A stretch of DNA of 64,000 nt, from assembly GCA_049976445.1 (NCBI GenBank), contig JBMFIF010000001.1:24634-88633 (forward strand), given 5' to 3'. Below, piece by piece: positions 58,855-64,000 of the stretch; position 1 is the first letter of the stretch, and the number at the start of each line of letters is the position of its first letter. A model generated the notes under the pieces. That model did not search any database and was not told where the DNA came from. It saw nothing but the letters and a program-made list of their open reading frames with translations. The DNA comes from Thermoprotei archaeon. GTDB taxonomy: Archaea; Thermoproteota; Thermoprotei; Gearchaeales; WAQG01. Position numbers and translations under genes: made by a program.

Positions 58855-59700
58855 ATGTTGAATGTAGGAATAATCGGTGGAGCAGGTAAGATGGGTTCAT
58901 GGTTAGCTGCACAACTTAAAGAAAAGCATCACATTATAATATATGATATTAATGTAGATCAGATGTATAAGGTAGCAATGCAATTAAATATAGATTATGA
59001 AAAGAAATTAGAAGCTTTAGTTAAGAAAAGCAATATGATAATAGTAGCGGTTACACTTAGTAAAGTTTCAGATGTACTTTTAGAGTTATTATCGTTCACT
59101 TTAGATAATAAAATAATATTTGATATTGCATCTTTTAAAAGAAATATCATACCAATATACTTAAAGTATCCTAGAACTGTATTTGTGTGTTCTGTGCATC
59201 CTCTTTTTGGTCCAGGAGCTAAAACAATTAAAAATGCTCCAATAGTTATCATTCCAATACCAGGTAGAGAAAATGATGCAAACAGTGTGAAACAATTTTT
59301 TGAAATGCTTAATACAAATACGATGATGATAGATTGGGAAACGCATGATAATATTATGGGAATAGTATTAGGAATACCGTACATAACAGGTCTCTCGATT
59401 GCTATGACCATTAAAGATAATGAAGAATTAATTAAAAAACTTTCTGGAACATCTTTCAAGTTCTTTTCTCTGTATATAAACGCTATGTTGAGCGAAGATG
59501 CAAACCTAATATCAGAGATTGTGACAAACGAATCATCAAAGAAGGCAATAGAAAATTACATAAATATCATGAAAGAAATTTCTAAATTAAGGGATAATGA
59601 ACTTCAAAATCTCATTTTAAGTTTAAAAAATCAATTAAGTATTAACTATGATTCATATAAAAAGATTTATAATATTATTTATTCTCAAGATCTTCTATAG
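58855..59700 (+). CDS. tyrA: Prephenate dehydrogenase
   Basis: Rossmann motif VGIIGGAGKMGSWLA plus the TyrA C-terminal domain. Confidence 0.75.
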   Translation: MLNVGIIGGAGKMGSWLAAQLKEKHHIIIYDINVDQMYKVAMQLNIDYEKKLEALVKKSNMIIVAVTLSKVSDVLLELLSFTLDNKIIFDIASFKRNIIPIYLKYPRTVFVCSVHPLFGPGAKTIKNAPIVIIPIPGRENDANSVKQFFEMLNTNTMMIDWETHDNIMGIVLGIPYITGLSIAMTIKDNEELIKKLSGTSFKFFSLYINAMLSEDANLISEIVTNESSKKAIENYINIMKEISKLRDNELQNLILSLKNQLSINYDSYKKIYNIIYSQDLL

Positions 59701-60654
59701 TGTTGTTTCTATTCCTAAACCTTTCTTTTTTGCTTCATTGTAAACCCAAACTGCAGTGGCTACATCAAATATTGCTGCTCCAACAGATTTAAAGAATGTG
59801 ACCTCTGTAAAACTTTGCCTTCCCTGTATCTTGCCTACTAGGAGATCAGATAATTCATAAATGGAACTTAGTTTAATGAGACCTTTATCAAGAGGCACTT
59901 TTAGATCGCCAGATTTTATTGCATCATCCTTAAAATCAACGAATATTTTATTAGCGCGTAATACCGCATTTTCGTCAATTTCTCTAGTTTCAGGTGAGAA
60001 TGAACCAATACCATTAATGTGAGTTCCATCTTTTATTAATCTTCCATCAAAAACGGGTTCATGTGAAGTAGTTGTAGTAATAATTATGTCGGCGTTACTA
60101 ACATACTCATTAGGATTATCCATAGGCTTAACTTCAATACCAAGCTTTTCAGACATTTCTCTAACATAATTTTCTAAACTTGGTTTATGAGAATCATAAG
60201 CATAGATAATTTCGATCTTCCTAACTACTTGAAGTACGGTAACTTGAGCTCTACCTTGAACACCACAACCATAAACTGCAACTACATGAGAATCTTGTCG
60301 CGAAAGTTTGTCAGCTGCAACAGCACCAATGCCACCAGTACGCATTGCGGTTATATAATCACCATCCATTAATGCAATTAAACTACCGTCTTCAGGGTCT
60401 ATAAGTCCAATAAACGCTCTAATCGTTGGCTTTTTGATTGGGTTAAAGAACACGCCCTTAAAACCAAGCGCATTCTCACTTTTCATATAGGAAGGCATCA
60501 AGCCAAAAGAGCCTACTCTAGAGTCAATCCAAACCCTAGAAGGAAGTGTTACCTTGCCTAAACCACGATCCACAAAAACTTTCTCAACAATTCTTACAAC
60601 ATCTGTAGGTTTAAGCAACTCTTCAACTATATTACGCGGTATTATAAGAACCAT
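59695..60654 (-). CDS. Ornithine cyclodeaminase / mu-crystallin family protein
   Basis: OCD/mu-crystallin fold with Rossmann motif (VAVYGCGVQGRAQ). Confidence 0.75.
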   Translation of the reverse strand: MVLIIPRNIVEELLKPTDVVRIVEKVFVDRGLGKVTLPSRVWIDSRVGSFGLMPSYMKSENALGFKGVFFNPIKKPTIRAFIGLIDPEDGSLIALMDGDYITAMRTGGIGAVAADKLSRQDSHVVAVYGCGVQGRAQVTVLQVVRKIEIIYAYDSHKPSLENYVREMSEKLGIEVKPMDNPNEYVSNADIIITTTTSHEPVFDGRLIKDGTHINGIGSFSPETREIDENAVLRANKIFVDFKDDAIKSGDLKVPLDKGLIKLSSIYELSDLLVGKIQGRQSFTEVTFFKSVGAAIFDVATAVWVYNEAKKKGLGIETTL

Positions 60655-60928
60655 GTTTAATCAAAAATAATTTTGGAGACAGAAATAAATAAACCTAACT
60701 TAATTAATACATACTCATTCTGAATCGCAAAAATTTCTAATTTAAGGTTTTATTAATCTTATTCATGTATCTTCTAAACCTTTGCACTACTCTTGAGATA
60801 GGAGTAGACAATAATGCCCCCCCGTCTTAAAATGCAAAGTTTTCATTTTTGTAATATTGATAATATTTTTTATTCTAAACATTTATAGCTAATATTTAGA
60901 AATGGACGTGGCAACTTAAGGTTTAATC

Positions 60929-62020
60929 TTATATTAACGTTATGCTTTTGAAATTACCCTCTTTAACAAGAATTGGCCCTGCATCTGGTAGTCTTATCCA
61001 ATAATATCCTGCTTCTACTGCATTGTATTTCTTGGTGAGTGGTATTTTTTCGTTAAATGCTAATTTGATATAGATCCATGGCATATTACAACCTAAATGT
61101 GCATAAAAGTTATTTGTTGTATAAAATCTTCCTGCATTTATTTCTGTTACTGATGGTATGCCATTTTTGTTAGCTTTCATATCAACACCGAATACTCCAT
61201 TAGGTTTATCATCAATTGCTTTTATTGCTTCTGTTCCTATTTTATTCACTAGTTCATTATGAACAGTTACTGCAACCGATGGTGTTGATGTTTGCCCACT
61301 TGGTGTAATGTTCCCAAATAGGTATTCTATTCTTTTTCTTGCCTGTGAGACTATCAGCTCTCCATCTTTCCAAATGCTTTGAAAAGCAAATTCTTCGCCA
61401 GGAAGATATTCAGATATCATAAAATCTTCGTATACTAAGCCTTCCTTTTTATTCCAATAATTTATCCATTCTATAATCTGTTCTGGAGAATAAGCAGGTA
61501 ATGATGCTCTTGATCCTGCTCCTTTTAATGCTCTAACCCAAACTCTGCCTTTTTCATCCTTTAATTCATTGTAATATTTTTTTATAGAACTCACATCTTC
61601 AATTTTATAAGAGATCGGTGCTGGAACATTCTTATTTTTAAGTATTTGATTTGTCTTGATCTTATTTTGAGTTGTTTCGATTGTTTCATGTTTTGGTAAA
61701 AATGTTTTCGCGTCGATTTTCTCTCTATTCTTGGATATCATGAACACTTCAATATCTGGTTGTGCGTGCACAAATTCTATTTTCTCCATGTGAATTAATT
61801 TATTTACTACGTCTAAGTATCTTGAATCTGTTGCTTTTGGTATGATATAAGATTTATCAGCATCAACTAGTTCTAAATGATATTTGTTAATATCTGTTGC
61901 TACAATGTAAAACTTCTCAGTAGCCATTCTTAATGATTTTATAAAGTTGATTCCTGCAGATCCTCCTGCACCTAATACAAGGATGCGCTTTTCCATACTA
62001 TGAACACTCCCTATATTCAT
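60929..62020 (-). CDS. ATP-grasp domain protein (carboxylate-amine ligase-like), function unknown
   Basis: The N-terminal Rossmann-like pre-ATP-grasp (ILVLGAGGSAGINFI) and a central ATP-grasp fold are present. Confidence 0.45.
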   Translation of the reverse strand: MNIGSVHSMEKRILVLGAGGSAGINFIKSLRMATEKFYIVATDINKYHLELVDADKSYIIPKATDSRYLDVVNKLIHMEKIEFVHAQPDIEVFMISKNREKIDAKTFLPKHETIETTQNKIKTNQILKNKNVPAPISYKIEDVSSIKKYYNELKDEKGRVWVRALKGAGSRASLPAYSPEQIIEWINYWNKKEGLVYEDFMISEYLPGEEFAFQSIWKDGELIVSQARKRIEYLFGNITPSGQTSTPSVAVTVHNELVNKIGTEAIKAIDDKPNGVFGVDMKANKNGIPSVTEINAGRFYTTNNFYAHLGCNMPWIYIKLAFNEKIPLTKKYNAVEAGYYWIRLPDAGPILVKEGNFKSITLI

Positions 62021-62048
62021 GAAATTAGACCCTAAATAAAAATAAACC

Positions 62049-62062
62049 TCTTTTATAATAAT
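62049..62062 (+). promoter_or_regulatory. TATA-like box (cttttataataatg) about 25-30 nt upstream of the 62.1 kb GC-rich island
   Basis: A canonical archaeal TATA-like octamer (TTTATAAT) lies at the right distance from the first GC-rich nucleotides (GGGGTTCGGG at about 62094). Confidence 0.35.
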
Positions 62063-62087
62063 GTTTTAACTAAGATTGTGTAAAGGT

Positions 62088-62380
62088 TAAATCTGGGGTT
62101 CGGGTTTCATTGGGCTTGATATCAAGCTATATCAAGCCCTCTCCCTTGGCATCATAGCCCTCAGGACCCCTTTTCATCGGGATCCATATCACTGGGCTCC
62201 GCCCGCCCGGGGTGACCCCAACCCACAACTCCACCCTCATCGATTCCTCCGGTTCATAGCTGTGGGGAAACCCCCGCATCCTGGCTTTCGAATGTGCGCC
62301 CCACTTGGGTCTTCACCACATACCCGCATTTGGGACGCTCTCTTGCATCACCGTGCTTCAATAAAGGAACTAAATCAACC
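62088..62380 (+). ncRNA. GC-rich (~55% GC) structured RNA candidate, ~290 nt, unknown identity (possible RNase P RNA-like or novel stable RNA)
   Basis: There is no ORF in this region. An abrupt GC island sits in AT-rich context. A perfect 11-bp hairpin GGGCUUGAUAU-CAAGCU-AUAUCAAGCCC is present, plus a GGGGAAACCCC hairpin and a GGGGUGACCCC hairpin. Short RNase-P-like strings (GGGCUCC ... GGGUGA ... AACUCCACCC) occur, but the P4 consensus GGAAAGUCCGGGC is absent. An upstream TATA box sits at the correct spacing. Confidence 0.35.
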
Positions 62381-62663
62381 CTTATAAACCTTTCTGAAAC
62401 CTAAAACAGCTCCAGAGAGGCTTATCCTTGCATTGAGATTATAACGTTTTTAATTATAGAAATTAAGATTGTTCCTTCCTTTTTAAAAGTTCAATGCACT
62501 ATTTCATTAAACTGTTCATAAAGGTCACCCAAGGAGACCTCCAACTTTATTCGTGGAGTAACTGCCTTATTCTAGAGTAGTCTTTGTATGTCATGTAAGG
62601 TTTAAGTATTCTGTTCTATAAGTAGTTGTGTAAGAAAATTTTATCATGAAAAGCTGAGACTAC

Positions 62664-64000
62664 CTATTCTAGTGTAAATTTTGCTATAGCGGTTTTTTCT
62701 TTTATCTTAAAACTGTGTTTTATTCCATTTATTAAAATGTTTTCTATGCCAGATCCATTTAAAATATGTAATTCAATATTTTTGAAAGAGGGTTTATAGT
62801 TTTTGTTTAAAATTTCAGTATCGACTATAATTTCGTTGTTATCTCGAATAATTTCTACTTCGGCTTCGAAATATTCCCCTTTCTGATATTTCAATGTTTC
62901 ACCATCGTCATCATATACTCGTGTCTTTACTTTCTTAGTAATGAATGTTTCGATTTTAATTGGATCCCAGGGTTCGTATGCATTTTCTTTAGGATCAGTT
63001 GTAAGTATTGCTGTATTTTCTCTAATAAAGATTGGTATTATTTCAAGAGAAGCTTTAACTAAATTCCAGCCATGGTTAAGTATTTCTCCGTCCCAGTAAT
63101 CATACCATTTGACTTCTGGTAAATATACAGCTCTAGCTTTAATGCCTGGAGCTAATATTGGTGCTATTAGAAGAGCTTCTCCTAGCATGAACTCATCGTC
63201 TATGTCATAGCAATTTTCATCGGAAGGAAATTCGGTTGAAAGTGTTCTCATTATAGGAAGACCTGTTCTGTGCGCATCTATAAAAAGTCTGTAGATATAA
63301 GGAAGTAGTTTATATCTAAATTTAATAGTGTTTTTAATTATTGTCTCGAATGGTTCTCCAAAAACCCATGGTTCATGCCTTCTAGCATTAATATCACTAT
63401 GATTTCGGTAAAAAGGATAAAACGCTCCTAATTGGTGCCATCTGACCAAAAGTTCTGGATCAGTATCATCGCTAAACCCTCCAACATCAGCTCCCACAAA
63501 AGGTATACCTGAAAGACCTAAGCTAAGAAGTTGAGGAATGCTAATTTCCATATGTCCCCAATCTGCTTGATTATCTCCTGTCCAGACTGCTGCAAATTTT
63601 TGAATCCCTGCAAATCCTGATCTAGAAAGTATGAACGTCCTTTTATCTTCATATACTTTTTTGAATCCTTCATATGTGGCCAAATTTTCTAGAAGCGAGT
63701 ATGCATTATGTATCTCATCGTGATGGATCATATTTCCTTCATCATCTTTATGTATAGCATTTATTTTTATGTATCCAACGTTTTTATTAACCATAGCTGT
63801 TGATATTTTTGAAATTTCTGAAATAATGTTTAAACCTACATTTCCATTACCGCTAATGATACTTGGTAATTGTTCGATAATATCTTTTAATGGGTCTATC
63901 ATTAGAAATATTGAAGGCTCATTCATATCAAGCCAAATTCCATCAATACCTTGTTTAATCCATCTAGCTATGTATGACGACCATAACTTTCTTACTTCTG
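62664..64000 (-). CDS. malA: Alpha-glucosidase, glycoside hydrolase family 31 (MalA-like); N-terminal part lies beyond the window
   Basis: GH31 motifs are present: GIWLDMNEPS (nucleophile Asp, continuing upstream of the listed Met) and AVWTGDNQADWGHM. The reading frame stays open to the window edge. Confidence 0.8.
   Translation of the reverse strand, partial: EVRKLWSSYIARWIKQGIDGIWLDMNEPSIFLMIDPLKDIIEQLPSIISGNGNVGLNIISEISKISTAMVNKNVGYIKINAIHKDDEGNMIHHDEIHNAYSLLENLATYEGFKKVYEDKRTFILSRSGFAGIQKFAAVWTGDNQADWGHMEISIPQLLSLGLSGIPFVGADVGGFSDDTDPELLVRWHQLGAFYPFYRNHSDINARRHEPWVFGEPFETIIKNTIKFRYKLLPYIYRLFIDAHRTGLPIMRTLSTEFPSDENCYDIDDEFMLGEALLIAPILAPGIKARAVYLPEVKWYDYWDGEILNHGWNLVKASLEIIPIFIRENTAILTTDPKENAYEPWDPIKIETFITKKVKTRVYDDDGETLKYQKGEYFEAEVEIIRDNNEIIVDTEILNKNYKPSFKNIELHILNGSGIENILINGIKHSFKIKEKTAIAKFTLE

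Noticed and set aside
1-64000. CRISPR array search near the Cas6 homolog
   Set aside because: No regularly spaced 24-40-nt direct repeats were found anywhere in the window.

Overview
This 64 kb window is an AT-rich (about 33-35% GC) chromosomal segment with Sulfolobales-like (Crenarchaeota) character. Most of it is core metabolism. There is a complete beta-oxidation/ETF module (fadB-like fusion, acyl-CoA dehydrogenase, DUF35+thiolase pair, SCP2, etfBA, and a membrane HdrDE-like Fe-S oxidoreductase). There is a branched-chain amino acid ABC transporter (livFGMHJ), and a tungstate/molybdate-type ABC transporter with a ModE-HTH/PBP regulator. The LysW-carrier lysine/arginine pathway is present (lysY-lysZ-lysM-lysW-lysX-lysJ, with a second lysW-like gene plus argX and lysK next to carAB-argGH). 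A complete shikimate/aromatic operon follows (split transketolase, DAHP synthase, aroB, aroD, aroE, aroK, aroA, aroC, chorismate mutase, tyrA). Several features are not explained by the ORF track. Two tRNA-Pro genes carry non-canonical introns; one of them, on the minus strand, has two introns and explains half of a GC-rich island. Two further GC-rich structured islands of about 300 nt remain of unknown identity and are candidate stable RNAs. A 61-bp MITE-like element with 11-bp terminal inverted repeats is present in two copies, each flanked by an 8-bp target-site duplication; one copy rewrote the C-terminus of the DUF35 protein. An orphan Cas6 homolog lies far from any CRISPR array, and a small lysW gene was missed by the ORF track. 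My position counts may be off by 1-2 nt in places. RNA identities for the two unresolved islands are tentative.
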